Positions 8,987-18,656 of a stretch of 64,000 nt of DNA are shown piece by piece. The notes below the pieces were generated by a model. The model saw only the letters and a program-made list of their open reading frames with translations. It had not been told where the DNA came from and made no database searches. Position numbers and translations under genes: made by a program. Each line of letters opens with the position of its first letter. Within the stretch, counting starts at the first letter, position 1. Origin of the DNA: Bacilli bacterium (GTDB lineage: Bacteria; Bacillota_I; Bacilli_A; RF39; UBA660); assembly GCA_017434825.1 (NCBI GenBank), contig JAFSGC010000012.1, forward strand, positions 3,012 to 67,011, given 5' to 3'.

Positions 8987-9571
8987 GTGGTTAATGTGAA
9001 TTATCCTGGCAATGTAAAAAAGACATACAAAAAAGCAATTAACTACGGTAATCGTGGGATGGATTTAGAAAATCTAATTAACATGATTAATGATTATTAT
9101 GTAGAAAAGAATATTGCAATTATATATAAAAAACCAACACCTATTCAGGTTGTTAAATATGATTATCAAAAATCCAAAATAACTGATGCATATTACAAAA
9201 GTGCATCAACATTAGATTATAATGGAGTTTATAAAGGTTATTATATTGAATTTGATGCTAAAAATACTAATAAGAACTATTTACCATTATCAAATATTGC
9301 GGATCATCAAGTTCTACATATCAAAAGAATTATTAATCATAACGGAATTGCATTTTTAATTATAATGATTAACGATGAATGTTACCTACTTTCTGGGGAA
9401 AAATTGTTAGATTTTATAAAAAGTGAAACTAGAAAAAGTATTCCATACGATTATATTAAAGAAAAGGGACATAAAGTAAATTATAATTACTTAAAAGGGA
9501 TTGATTATATAACAGCAGTTGATATCTTAATAAAGGAGAGATGTGATCGTGAAAAAGACAATCAAAAGTAA
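8987..9571 (+). CDS. recU: Holliday junction resolvase RecU
   Basis: YGNRGMDLENLINMINDYY...KKPTPIQVV...DYNGVYKGYYIEFDAKNT is the RecU signature. The true start may be the GTG at 8996, behind SD aaaggtgg. Confidence 0.9.
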   Translation: MVNVNYPGNVKKTYKKAINYGNRGMDLENLINMINDYYVEKNIAIIYKKPTPIQVVKYDYQKSKITDAYYKSASTLDYNGVYKGYYIEFDAKNTNKNYLPLSNIADHQVLHIKRIINHNGIAFLIIMINDECYLLSGEKLLDFIKSETRKSIPYDYIKEKGHKVNYNYLKGIDYITAVDILIKERCDREKDNQK

Positions 9572-12152
9572 AACGGTTTCAACCGTTAAGAAAAATACTA
9601 AAAAACCGAGTAAATTAAAAGCCAAAATCAATCGTAAAATTAAAGAAAAAGGAATCAAGAGTTTTATTTGGTCAATGATTATGTGCATATTAATTACCGT
9701 AGCTAGTTTATGCTTAGCATTTGCCCTATACATAATAATTAGCGCTCCAAACTTTGATAAAGACTTACTTTACAAAAAAGAAGCCACAGTTATTTATGAT
9801 ATTAATGGCGAAGAATTAGCTAGAATTGGTCAAGAAAATCGTGTACTTATTACTTATGAGGATTTACCTCAAGTATTCGTAGATGCATTAATTGCTACAG
9901 AGGATTCAAGATTCTTTCAACACAATGGTTTAGACATAGCAAGATTTGCTAAAGCAACATTCCATCAATTGTTGGGTCAAAACCAAGGTGGTGCCTCTAC
10001 TCTAACAATGCAGCTTATTAAAAACACTTATACAAGTTCTGAAGCTAGTGGTATTAAAGGAATCATTAGAAAGTTTACCGACATCTATATGGCAGTATTT
10101 AAATTAGAAAACTGTTATACAAAAGAAGAAATATTAGAATTCTATGCAAACTCATTATGGTTTGGACATGATGGCAACTTAAACTATACTGGTATTTACG
10201 GAGTAGAACAAGCTAGCCAACATTTCTTTGGTAAATCTGTTACTGAACTTACTTTAGCAGAAGCTTCCCTACTTGTTGGAATGTATCAAAACCCAGTTTT
10301 ATATAATCCATATAGAAATCCTGAAGGATGCCGTAATAGACAAAAAATTGTTTTAAACTTAATGGTTAACCACGGATATTTAACAAATGAAGAAAAAGAT
10401 GCAATCTTAGATATTAGTATTCAAAGTTTATTAAGAGATCCAGACGACGCTACTTCTGCCGCAGAAAATCAAGCTGTTATAGATTACATTTTAGATGAAG
10501 TTGCTGATGAAACAGGATTATCTCCATATAATACTCCAATGCAAATATATACTACTATTGATCCTGAAATCCAAGAATCATTAAACGCTATGGAACGCGG
10601 AGAAATATTTAAATGGTATAACGACTATGACCAAGAAGGAACTGTTGTTACAGATGTAGCTGACGGTTCAATTAGAGCTTTATCCGGAGGCCGTAATTAT
10701 ACGGCTCGAGGATTAAATAGAGCTACTGTTCAAAGACAACCTGGATCTACTGCTAAACCAATATTTGACTACGGCCCTTATTTAGAATATTTAAATGGTT
10801 CTACTGGTACATATTACTATGATGAACCATATACTTACACAAATGGAACAGGAATTGCCAACGCCGACCGTGAACACGAAGGTATGATTACAATGCGTCG
10901 TTCACTTGTTGGATCAAGAAACGTACCTGCTTTACAAGCATTCCAAGAAATAGCTAAAAAAGATATAAATTTAATTATTGATTTTGTTCACTCATTTGGA
11001 ATCGATTATGGTTCAACATTATATGAATCAGCATCTATCGGAGGATTCGAAGGTGTATCACCAGTAGAAATGAGCGCTGCATATGGAGTATTTGCTCGTG
11101 GCGGTTACTACATTGAACCATACATTTTCACAAAAATCATTTATGAAGATGGCACATCATACGAACATAAATATACAAAAGAAAAAATTGTTAGCGAAGA
11201 AACTGCTTATATGATTACTGATATGTTAATTGATGCAGTTGAAGAAAACTGGAGCGGAAACAATGTATCTGTAAAAGGGACTGAAATCGCAGGTAAAACT
11301 GGTACTACATCAATCGACGTTAGTTCAATCAAACAATTAGGGCTATCTCCAGATACAATCATGGACTCTTGGTCAGTATCTTATACATCTGAATATGTAA
11401 TTGCCCTATGGTATGGATATGACCAATTATCTAAAGAATATTATATGAATACTACGACAGGATGGCGTGCAAGAAGTTACTTAATGGAAGGCCTTGCAAA
11501 AAGAATTTATAGCACAAATAAAACATTTAAAAAACCTAGTGGTGTTATTGAAGTTGAAATTGAAAAATTCACTAACCCGCTTCAATTACCTTCAGAAAAC
11601 ACTCCTGAAGATATGATTATTACAGAATTATTTAGAGAGGGAACTGAACCAACTGAAGTTTCTACAAGATATGCAACTTTAAGTTCACCAACAAATGGCA
11701 AATACACAACTAAAGGAACTGAAGTAACATTAACTTGGACAGGAATTAATACTCCTGATGCAATAAGTACAACTTACTTGCAAGAATATTTCAACGATCA
11801 TTTTGGACAATTTGCATCTAAATATTATGAAGAAAGAATCATTGAAAACGAAGAACAATTTGGAAGTTTAGGTTATACAATTTATAAAAAAGATCCGTTA
11901 ACTGGAGAACTAACCAAATTATCTTGGGTTTCAGGAAATACATTTACTCAAACTGTTGAACCTGGAACTGCTACTACATTCGTTATCAAATCATCATACA
12001 GTAAATTTACTGCCAATGAATCAAAAGGATTAACTATTACTGTTGCAGCTATAGGAAACAATACTCCTGGAGAACCAAGTGACACCGAAGACACCCCAGT
12101 AATTACTCCTGACGAAGAAACTGGCGTTGTACCAGATACTGGATTAAATTAA
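9543..12152 (+). CDS. ponA: bifunctional class A penicillin-binding protein (PBP1A, glycosyltransferase/transpeptidase)
   Basis: Has an N-terminal TM helix, the GT51 motifs EDSRFFQHNG and GASTLTMQ, and the transpeptidase motifs STAKP, SRN and KTGTT. It overlaps the recU 3' end, as in a recU-ponA operon. Confidence 0.92.
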   Translation: MIVKKTIKSKTVSTVKKNTKKPSKLKAKINRKIKEKGIKSFIWSMIMCILITVASLCLAFALYIIISAPNFDKDLLYKKEATVIYDINGEELARIGQENRVLITYEDLPQVFVDALIATEDSRFFQHNGLDIARFAKATFHQLLGQNQGGASTLTMQLIKNTYTSSEASGIKGIIRKFTDIYMAVFKLENCYTKEEILEFYANSLWFGHDGNLNYTGIYGVEQASQHFFGKSVTELTLAEASLLVGMYQNPVLYNPYRNPEGCRNRQKIVLNLMVNHGYLTNEEKDAILDISIQSLLRDPDDATSAAENQAVIDYILDEVADETGLSPYNTPMQIYTTIDPEIQESLNAMERGEIFKWYNDYDQEGTVVTDVADGSIRALSGGRNYTARGLNRATVQRQPGSTAKPIFDYGPYLEYLNGSTGTYYYDEPYTYTNGTGIANADREHEGMITMRRSLVGSRNVPALQAFQEIAKKDINLIIDFVHSFGIDYGSTLYESASIGGFEGVSPVEMSAAYGVFARGGYYIEPYIFTKIIYEDGTSYEHKYTKEKIVSEETAYMITDMLIDAVEENWSGNNVSVKGTEIAGKTGTTSIDVSSIKQLGLSPDTIMDSWSVSYTSEYVIALWYGYDQLSKEYYMNTTTGWRARSYLMEGLAKRIYSTNKTFKKPSGVIEVEIEKFTNPLQLPSENTPEDMIITELFREGTEPTEVSTRYATLSSPTNGKYTTKGTEVTLTWTGINTPDAISTTYLQEYFNDHFGQFASKYYEERIIENEEQFGSLGYTIYKKDPLTGELTKLSWVSGNTFTQTVEPGTATTFVIKSSYSKFTANESKGLTITVAAIGNNTPGEPSDTEDTPVITPDEETGVVPDTGLN

Positions 12153-12165
12153 AAAACTAAGGATT

Positions 12166-12783
12166 TTATTCCTTAGTTTTTTTGTGTTTGCAACCAATTA
12201 AGCATTTATCACAATTAGGATTTTTAGCAGTACAGATGTATCTTCCAAATAAAACTAATTGATGATTAACACGATTATAATCTTTTTCATCAAAAGCTTT
12301 CATAAGCTTTTTTTCAATTATATGAACATCATCTTTTTCCTTAGCTAGCCCAATTCTTTTTGAAACCCTTTCTACATGGGTATCTACAGCGATAGTAGGA
12401 ACATCAAACAATTCCGATAAAACTACATTACACGTTTTTCTACCTACTCCAGGAAGACTTTCTAAGTATTCTCGATTATTAGGAACCTTACCATCATAAT
12501 TTTCAAGTAAACTATTAGCTATTGCCTTCATATACGCAGCTTTTTTAGTATAAGAACCTAATGACTTAATAATCTTTTCAGTTTCTTTGATATCAAGATT
12601 GGCAATATCTTTTAAAGAGTATTTGTCAAAAAGTTCTTTAGTAACCATATTTACTCTTTTATCAGTACATTGAGCTGATAACATTACCGCAATTAAAAGC
12701 TCATAATCAGCATTATAATTCAGCTCACATACTGGGTTTTCAATCATTAAATTTAATTTTTCACATAAATCTTTATTCATCAT
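12166..12783 (-). CDS. nth: endonuclease III
   Basis: Has the HhH-GPD motif (LPGVGRKTCNVVL), the catalytic-Asp region VDTHV, and a C-terminal Cys cluster (CTAKNPNCDKCLIGC). Confidence 0.9.
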   Translation of the reverse strand: MMNKDLCEKLNLMIENPVCELNYNADYELLIAVMLSAQCTDKRVNMVTKELFDKYSLKDIANLDIKETEKIIKSLGSYTKKAAYMKAIANSLLENYDGKVPNNREYLESLPGVGRKTCNVVLSELFDVPTIAVDTHVERVSKRIGLAKEKDDVHIIEKKLMKAFDEKDYNRVNHQLVLFGRYICTAKNPNCDKCLIGCKHKKTKE

Positions 12784-13417
12784 CCAACCAATTGTACTCT
12801 AGTACACTAGTTTCAATGGTTACTTTATTATCATCTTTTTCAGACCTACTCTTTAGATGATTATTAACATCTTCCATCTTTTTAAACCCTTTTTTATTCC
12901 ACTCAAATAGAATTTTATCAATATACCTTAAAGTGCTTACTCCATTATAGTTTGCTTCCTCTAAGGCACCTAAAATAAGTTCTTCTGCAAATCCGTTATC
13001 TAACCAAGCTTTAATAATCTCATAATCCATTCCCGATAAACTATGGCCATAATTTGCTTGAAACTTAGCAAATAGATCAGTCTTTTCTTTTTCCTTAGCA
13101 TTCTTCGTAGCATTATCCTTAATTCCGCTATAAAGATTGTCTAAACTTACTTTATCAATAAGCTTACCACTTTCATTTTTAACAGAATTAAGAGTAATAA
13201 GTTTTTTATCCAAAAGACTCCCAAATGCATTTAGTACATCTTTTTCATTCAAGCAAGTTGCCTTAGCAACCTTCTTAACATCAAATGTTAATTCATATTC
13301 ATTATCAAAATACATAAGAACAATAAATTCATTTAATGATAAATTGTGCTTAAGAGTTTCTTTTAAAAATAAAGTTTCTACAACGTACTTCTTATTGTCC
13401 TTATTCATTTTGTCCAC
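12773..13417 (-). CDS. dnaD: DnaD-domain replication initiation/membrane attachment protein
   Basis: Has the C-terminal DnaD/DnaB_2-type repeat (MDYEIIKAWLDNGFAEELILGALEEANYNGVSTLRYIDKILFEWNKKG). The dnaD-nth order matches B. subtilis. Confidence 0.75.
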   Translation of the reverse strand: MDKMNKDNKKYVVETLFLKETLKHNLSLNEFIVLMYFDNEYELTFDVKKVAKATCLNEKDVLNAFGSLLDKKLITLNSVKNESGKLIDKVSLDNLYSGIKDNATKNAKEKEKTDLFAKFQANYGHSLSGMDYEIIKAWLDNGFAEELILGALEEANYNGVSTLRYIDKILFEWNKKGFKKMEDVNNHLKSRSEKDDNKVTIETSVLEYNWLDDE

Positions 13418-14487
13418 TTTCTCAAGATATATTTCTTTATCTCGTATTTTTTATTTTTTAATCTAACATTTAATATTTCAATTTTAACGTCAGTAATAAT
13501 ATCGCTGATTAATTTTCCAGGCTCTACATTTAATAGTTTAATAATTTCTGATCCTGTGATATCTATATCTTTCATGCTTTTAATTGGCATTACTTTATAT
13601 CTCTTGTTAACTACTTGGTGACTTATTCCTAGAATTTCTCCTGCTACTAAACATAAGTATAATCCATAGTTAAATAGTTCAAAATTGCCTATCTTTCCTA
13701 TTTTAACAAGAGTCTTAATCTTACTAATATTGTCACTTTCAGTTTTAGAAAATTTAACTTTAGAGCAATCTATTTGTGCCCACATTCCTAAAATATCCGA
13801 TGTGAAAACAACATTATTATAAGATAGTCCAATTACTTTGTCTATACCAGTTTTATTAAGAATTTGTAACCCTCTTAAAGCATGCTCACTACATAAAATT
13901 TTTGATAGTTCCTCTTTAATTCTTTCACTACTTAAAAGACCTACTAAATCTGAATTCCTACATATTGATTTATATGTTTCTCTTTCAATTTCAAAATCTA
14001 AAATAGTTGCAAATCTAATAGCTCTTAACATTCTAAGAGGATCTTCTTCAAATTTCGTATCAGCTTCACCAATAATTTTTACTTCTTTTTTATTTAAATC
14101 TTCACGTGCATTAAGTAAATCAATAATATTACCATTCTTATCCATACAAAAAGAATTTATTGTAAAGTCTCTTCTTTTTATATCTTCAAATAAATTATTG
14201 ATGTACTCTACTTCAACAGGTCTACGATTGTTATACTTTTTCTCTTTACGATATGTAGTTATATCTATGTTATATTTTTTTATTTTTAAATTAAATCCTC
14301 CATAACCATTGCTATTTTGAGTTAATCCAAAAATTTGTTTTAAATTCATTGGTAATGCATTTGTACAGATATCAACATCATACGAAGGCTTTCCTAAAAG
14401 TAAATCACGAACAAAACCGCCTACTATGTAAGCTTCATATCCTTCATTTTCAATTTTCTTAAGTATATTTTTAATTATTTTGTCCAT
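13405..14487 (-). CDS. cca: CCA-adding tRNA nucleotidyltransferase
   Basis: Shows the Pol-beta-type head YIVGGFVRDLLLG...DVDI and the RRDFTINS motif. I placed the start at MDKIIKN, behind SD ggagga (the track ORF extends to 14505). Confidence 0.85.
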   Translation of the reverse strand: MDKIIKNILKKIENEGYEAYIVGGFVRDLLLGKPSYDVDICTNALPMNLKQIFGLTQNSNGYGGFNLKIKKYNIDITTYRKEKKYNNRRPVEVEYINNLFEDIKRRDFTINSFCMDKNGNIIDLLNAREDLNKKEVKIIGEADTKFEEDPLRMLRAIRFATILDFEIERETYKSICRNSDLVGLLSSERIKEELSKILCSEHALRGLQILNKTGIDKVIGLSYNNVVFTSDILGMWAQIDCSKVKFSKTESDNISKIKTLVKIGKIGNFELFNYGLYLCLVAGEILGISHQVVNKRYKVMPIKSMKDIDITGSEIIKLLNVEPGKLISDIITDVKIEILNVRLKNKKYEIKKYILRKWTK

Positions 14488-14570
14488 GTGTCCTCCACGT
14501 ATCATTTTAACACAAATTTCTCCTGCATAAAAGGTTGATAAAAGCCGAATTTTGTAACTCGGCCTCTTAA

Positions 14571-15377
14571 TTAATCTTCTTTAAAGAAATCTCTTTTATT
14601 AAATCCCGCGGTCATAAATCTCCATGCAGCCTTCCGTGTTGTTAACCATTCGATTCTTGCATCATTTTTTGTATTTTTTAACATCCCATTTACTAAAAAG
14701 TTTGCTACTACATCCGGATAATCTCCTAAAATGTTATATACCTTCTTTGTCTTTTCAGATAGAGTTATTTTCTCTTTATCTCCCAAAGCATTTTTTAAAA
14801 AATCAGTAATCATTATTCCGGGACTTAATTTACCAACAATTACTCCAGTATTTTTTTCAGCACTTTCTTTTGCTAAAGCTGATGTGAAATATGTTATAGC
14901 TCTTTTACTAGTTCCATATACCGAAAGTCCTAGCATCATAGCGTCATTACTTCCATAACCTTCGACATTATAGATTGCTCCATGTTTTTGTTTAATCATC
15001 TCTTTCATAATAAGCTTAGAGCCAATCATAGCGCCTTTTAAATCAACATCTAATACCATATTAATTTCGGCTTCAGATAGTTCCCAAATAGCTTTTTCTG
15101 GTTGATTAACACCAGCATTATTTATCCAAATGTCAATTACTCCGAAATTAGTTTGAGCAAATTCAATTAATCTTTGAATATCTTCAGAACTAGTGACATT
15201 ACATGGTAAACTCACCACTTTAGCTTCACTTGGAATCTTTTCTAGTTCTACTTTTGCTACTTCTAAAGCATCAACATTTAAATCGCTAATTACCACATTA
15301 ACATTATTTTTTCTAAACACTTTAGCCATTTCAAAACCTAAGCCACGTGCACTTCCTGTAATTACAACAGACTTCAT
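14571..15377 (-). CDS. SDR-family oxidoreductase
   Basis: Has TGSARGLG (TGxxxGxG), NNAG, and the catalytic YGTSK (YxxxK). Confidence 0.85.
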   Translation of the reverse strand: MKSVVITGSARGLGFEMAKVFRKNNVNVVISDLNVDALEVAKVELEKIPSEAKVVSLPCNVTSSEDIQRLIEFAQTNFGVIDIWINNAGVNQPEKAIWELSEAEINMVLDVDLKGAMIGSKLIMKEMIKQKHGAIYNVEGYGSNDAMMLGLSVYGTSKRAITYFTSALAKESAEKNTGVIVGKLSPGIMITDFLKNALGDKEKITLSEKTKKVYNILGDYPDVVANFLVNGMLKNTKNDARIEWLTTRKAAWRFMTAGFNKRDFFKED

Positions 15378-15462
15378 AATATCACATCTTTCCTATCTAA
15401 ATTATATCAAATAAAAATATTAAAACTTTATAATAATAGCATTATTTGACAGCTAAATTTTA

Positions 15463-15960
15463 CTATTTATTCTTTTGTTGCTGTTTAATATCCAAATAAT
15501 CTTTACCATACAAAACTTTATCAGTGACAAACGTTCCTGTACTAGCATCAAATGCAAACCTCATCGCTGGTAACTCCGGATCTTTCATTATTGCATTTTC
15601 TTCAGGATGCACCATCAATGAAAAATACGGTCGCAATTCCCATAATAAATCACTTATTTCCTCTGCCAATTGATAGTGATTGTAATAATAACCAGGAATA
15701 ACACGATATTTTACAGGACTATCCATAAGATTATTTTTAATTGCTAAATCGATAATAGCATTTACGATTGCTACCGGATTCCCAGACGCATGACAAGCTA
15801 TCGCTTTTTTATGCGCCTCGCTATACACTAGCACACCAACACAAGTAGCTAATGAAGATGTTCCAACAATCGGACATTCTTCTGTTGATATGACAATTTC
15901 GTCCATTGATGCCAACATCGTTTTCTTAGTTAATTCTATTTTCTCATCCATATATATCAC
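15463..15960 (-). CDS. hypothetical protein, CheD-like Cys/His fold?
   Basis: 165 aa. SSLATCVGVLVYSEAHKKAIACHASG resembles the CheD deamidase core (LGSCVGVTLYD...GGMAHVMLP, from memory), with Cys and His aligned. Confidence 0.6.
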   Translation of the reverse strand: MIYMDEKIELTKKTMLASMDEIVISTEECPIVGTSSLATCVGVLVYSEAHKKAIACHASGNPVAIVNAIIDLAIKNNLMDSPVKYRVIPGYYYNHYQLAEEISDLLWELRPYFSLMVHPEENAIMKDPELPAMRFAFDASTGTFVTDKVLYGKDYLDIKQQQKNK

Positions 15961-16006
15961 TTAACTAAAGTATATCATAAAAAAAGAATCACTACTTAGT
16001 GACTCT

Positions 16007-16756
16007 CTAATTTTTACACATTAAATACGAGTTGTTTTTAATATATTCTTTAATTTTATTATTATCTGCTTTTCTTATTTTGAAAAGTGATACATCAGTA
16101 TAATAAACCTCTACTTTAGTATCATTTGGAATATCAATTTCATGAAATGATGCAAAAGAAGTTTTACTGCCATTCATTAATTTTGCCATTCCTTCCCAAG
16201 TTTCCCAATGACTTCTTCGTTTGTTTATCAGCATAATATTTGACCGAAAGAAAATTAAAGTCTTATCATCATTTTTTACTTCTACAAAATCACCGCCTAC
16301 AACGCTCAAACCTTCAACTCGATACACCAAACTATCATTTTCAAAATAACAACGCATTACTCTTTCATCATATCTAACAGGTAATTCTAAATAAAGTATA
16401 TTAAAACCAATAATATACACTACAAAAGCAATAAGTGGAATACTTAAAGCAATAATGATTTTCTTTCGTTTTTTTGAAATACGTTTAGATTCATCAATAA
16501 CATTAACTAAGTTTTCTTCAGCCCTTTCTTTATATAATATATTATCTATTTTTTCTCCCGCCAAAATATCATTGATAGAAACTCCTAATATCTCTGAAAG
16601 TGGTTTTAATAGTGACATATCCATTAAGCACAACCCCCGCTCCCATTTGCTAACGGCATTTTTAGATACTCCCAACTTTTCCGCTAATATTTCTTGTGTC
16701 ATATTATTTTTTTTGCGATACTCAGCAATAAATTTACCAATCTTTTCTTGATTCAT
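16007..16756 (-). CDS. membrane-tethered XRE-family transcriptional regulator
   Basis: Has an N-terminal HTH (MTQEILAEKLGVSKNAVSKWERG), one TM helix (IIIALSIPLIAFVVYIIGFNILY), and a C-terminal extracytoplasmic domain. Confidence 0.8.
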   Translation of the reverse strand: MNQEKIGKFIAEYRKKNNMTQEILAEKLGVSKNAVSKWERGLCLMDMSLLKPLSEILGVSINDILAGEKIDNILYKERAEENLVNVIDESKRISKKRKKIIIALSIPLIAFVVYIIGFNILYLELPVRYDERVMRCYFENDSLVYRVEGLSVVGGDFVEVKNDDKTLIFFRSNIMLINKRRSHWETWEGMAKLMNGSKTSFASFHEIDIPNDTKVEVYYTDVSLFKIRKADNNKIKEYIKNNSYLMCKN

Positions 16757-16855
16757 AACATCCCTCTTTTCATATTAATCTTATAATACATATTAATACA
16801 GTTAAACATACCAAAGGTTTACTTAATAAAAAAAGAACTACATATGTAATTCTTC

Positions 16856-17494
16856 TTATCCTTTAAAACTTGCATCAACATAACAAATTGGTTTACCATC
16901 TTTATGACACTTTTGTTCCCAGTCAGTCATAATATTTTTTATTGGATTTTCATCATTATGTAAATCTAAACTTACTCTATCAAAAGAATACCAATATTGA
17001 GATAAGCTTTCTAATGAATAAGCAAATAAACCTTTGTTATCAGTTTTCAAAATAATATGTTTATCTTTCTTAAAAATACGATCATATAATTTTAAATAAC
17101 CAACATGAGTAAATCTTTTCTTTTCATCAATCTTCTTTGGCCACGGTTCTGAGAAAGTTAAATAAATTGTATCTATTTCTTTACCAAAGAAATTAATAAT
17201 ATCTTTAGCATCTGCATTAATCAGTTTTAAATTAGGTAACTTTTGATTAACTAAACGATCTACTGCCATCACCATTTGCGAAGCATATAGCTCAAGTCCA
17301 ATAAAGTTAATATTAGGATATGTACGAGCCATATTAATAATAAAGTCTCCTCTACCCATTCCTAATTCTAAACAAATTGGATTCTTATTTCCAAATAAAT
17401 CATTCCATTTATTTTTATATTTCGTAGGTTCATTTACTACATATGAACAACTTCTTACGATTCTATCAGCATCTTTTACTACATTATATTGCAT
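16856..17494 (-). CDS. trmB: tRNA (guanine46-N7)-methyltransferase
   Basis: Has ICLELGMGRGDF (SAM motif I) and IYLTFSEPWPKK..KRF, typical of TrmB. Confidence 0.9.
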   Translation of the reverse strand: MQYNVVKDADRIVRSCSYVVNEPTKYKNKWNDLFGNKNPICLELGMGRGDFIINMARTYPNINFIGLELYASQMVMAVDRLVNQKLPNLKLINADAKDIINFFGKEIDTIYLTFSEPWPKKIDEKKRFTHVGYLKLYDRIFKKDKHIILKTDNKGLFAYSLESLSQYWYSFDRVSLDLHNDENPIKNIMTDWEQKCHKDGKPICYVDASFKG

Positions 17495-17528
17495 AAAATC
17501 ACTTCCCTTTCATTATTATATCATAAAT

Positions 17529-18449
17529 CTAATTATCTTTATATCTTTTACCATTAACGATTGGATTCAAGTCTCTAACCTTAACATTTGGTATATTTGT
17601 AACTGGAATATCATTAAGTTTCTTATTTTCAAATTCCTTAATTAAGTTATTTAATTCTTTATTATTCTTTTCTTTAAAAAGCTTTAAAATTGCTTCTTCA
17701 TCGTATGTATAAAGATCTTCATAAGAAATATATTTTTGATCAATCGCCATTTGCGTAATTTTTGCAAGCAAGTGCATCATATAATTATCTTCATTCGAAT
17801 GACAATAAACATCTATACTTTCACTAACCTCGACAACTTTCTTTGCAACCTCTAATGATTTAAAGCCTATTTCATCTTCATTAGACTCATTTATAAACAT
17901 CTTCATGTTATCAACAATATTATCAATATCTTTTTTCAATATGTTTTTTGTCCATGCAATCCCCGTTAAAATTACGCCATCAATTCGATCCGCACACACT
18001 TTAGGACGATCATTATCTACAACAGTATATTTTTTAAAATTAATAATATCATTTAAATCAATTTGATCTTCTTTCAAACATTTAGATAAGTAATTATCGT
18101 TTCTTAAAATTACTTCAGTATATTCTTCCGTACTTTCTTGTTTTTCATAATCTCCATTCATATAATCAATTACATGAGAAAAACAAGGAGTGGCTACATC
18201 ATGAAATAAAGCGGCAATCGTAGCGCACTTATTTTTTGTTAGTTTATATGTTAATAAAGCCACTGATAAAGAATGATCAAATCTACTTATGTACTCTTTA
18301 AAAGAATAAATGTCTTTTGAAGCATAATCCATCCCACAAAAATATCCTACTTTTTTTAGCCTAACCAAAGATGGACATTTTAAATATTTTTCTAAAAATT
18401 GAGGCACATCCCCAAGTTGAGTTAAATAATATCCTAATAACATAATCAT
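17529..18449 (-). CDS. HD-domain phosphohydrolase
   Basis: Has H...HD metal ligands (RFDHSLSVA ... LFHDVATPCFSHVIDY). Confidence 0.75.
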   Translation of the reverse strand: MIMLLGYYLTQLGDVPQFLEKYLKCPSLVRLKKVGYFCGMDYASKDIYSFKEYISRFDHSLSVALLTYKLTKNKCATIAALFHDVATPCFSHVIDYMNGDYEKQESTEEYTEVILRNDNYLSKCLKEDQIDLNDIINFKKYTVVDNDRPKVCADRIDGVILTGIAWTKNILKKDIDNIVDNMKMFINESNEDEIGFKSLEVAKKVVEVSESIDVYCHSNEDNYMMHLLAKITQMAIDQKYISYEDLYTYDEEAILKLFKEKNNKELNNLIKEFENKKLNDIPVTNIPNVKVRDLNPIVNGKRYKDN

Positions 18450-18470
18450 CCTGCTTTCATACTTATTATA

Positions 18471-18568
18471 ACAAAAAAAGAACCATTATAAAGGTTCTTT
18501 AATTTTTTATGGTGCCTTGAGGGTTTAGATACCGAACCCTATATAAATATATTTGCACCACTTCAGTA
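18471..18568 (-). promoter_or_regulatory. candidate cis-regulatory leader RNA (riboswitch/attenuator-like) ending in an intrinsic terminator 22 nt before the HD-gene start
   Basis: Seen on the minus strand. Outer helix GUGGUGC/GCACCAU encloses hairpin AGGGUU-cgguaucua-AACCCU. An A-rich tract AUAAAAAAUUA follows, then terminator AAAGAACC-uuuauaa-GGUUCUUU plus a U-run. An alternative GGGUUC/GAACCU pairing could act as an antiterminator. A possible promoter is TTAACT-17-TATAAT at 18575-18603. Confidence 0.45.
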
Positions 18569-18656
18569 CAAGCAATTATACTACATATATTCCTAAAAGT
18601 TAATATTTTTGTAACAATTAAATAACTAATTTTTGCAACAAATATTTTTCATCTAT

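Noticed and set aside
13838-14305. Long antisense ORFs opposite cca, and similar ones opposite dnaD, SDR, XRE, the S8 protease, yitT, rny and PFOR in the track
   Set aside because: They are typical AT-rich antisense shadows. They have Leu/Ser/Phe/Ile-rich low-complexity translations and no SD, and they lie fully inside well-supported genes on the other strand.
18471-18568. Assignment of the HD-gene leader to the preQ1-I riboswitch class
   Set aside because: The hairpin plus AUAAAAAAUUAAAG tail is similar, but a 9-nt segment (CAAGGCACC) separates the stem and the tail. The loop lacks the expected layout, and the downstream genes are not queuosine-related. I kept it only as an unclassified candidate leader.
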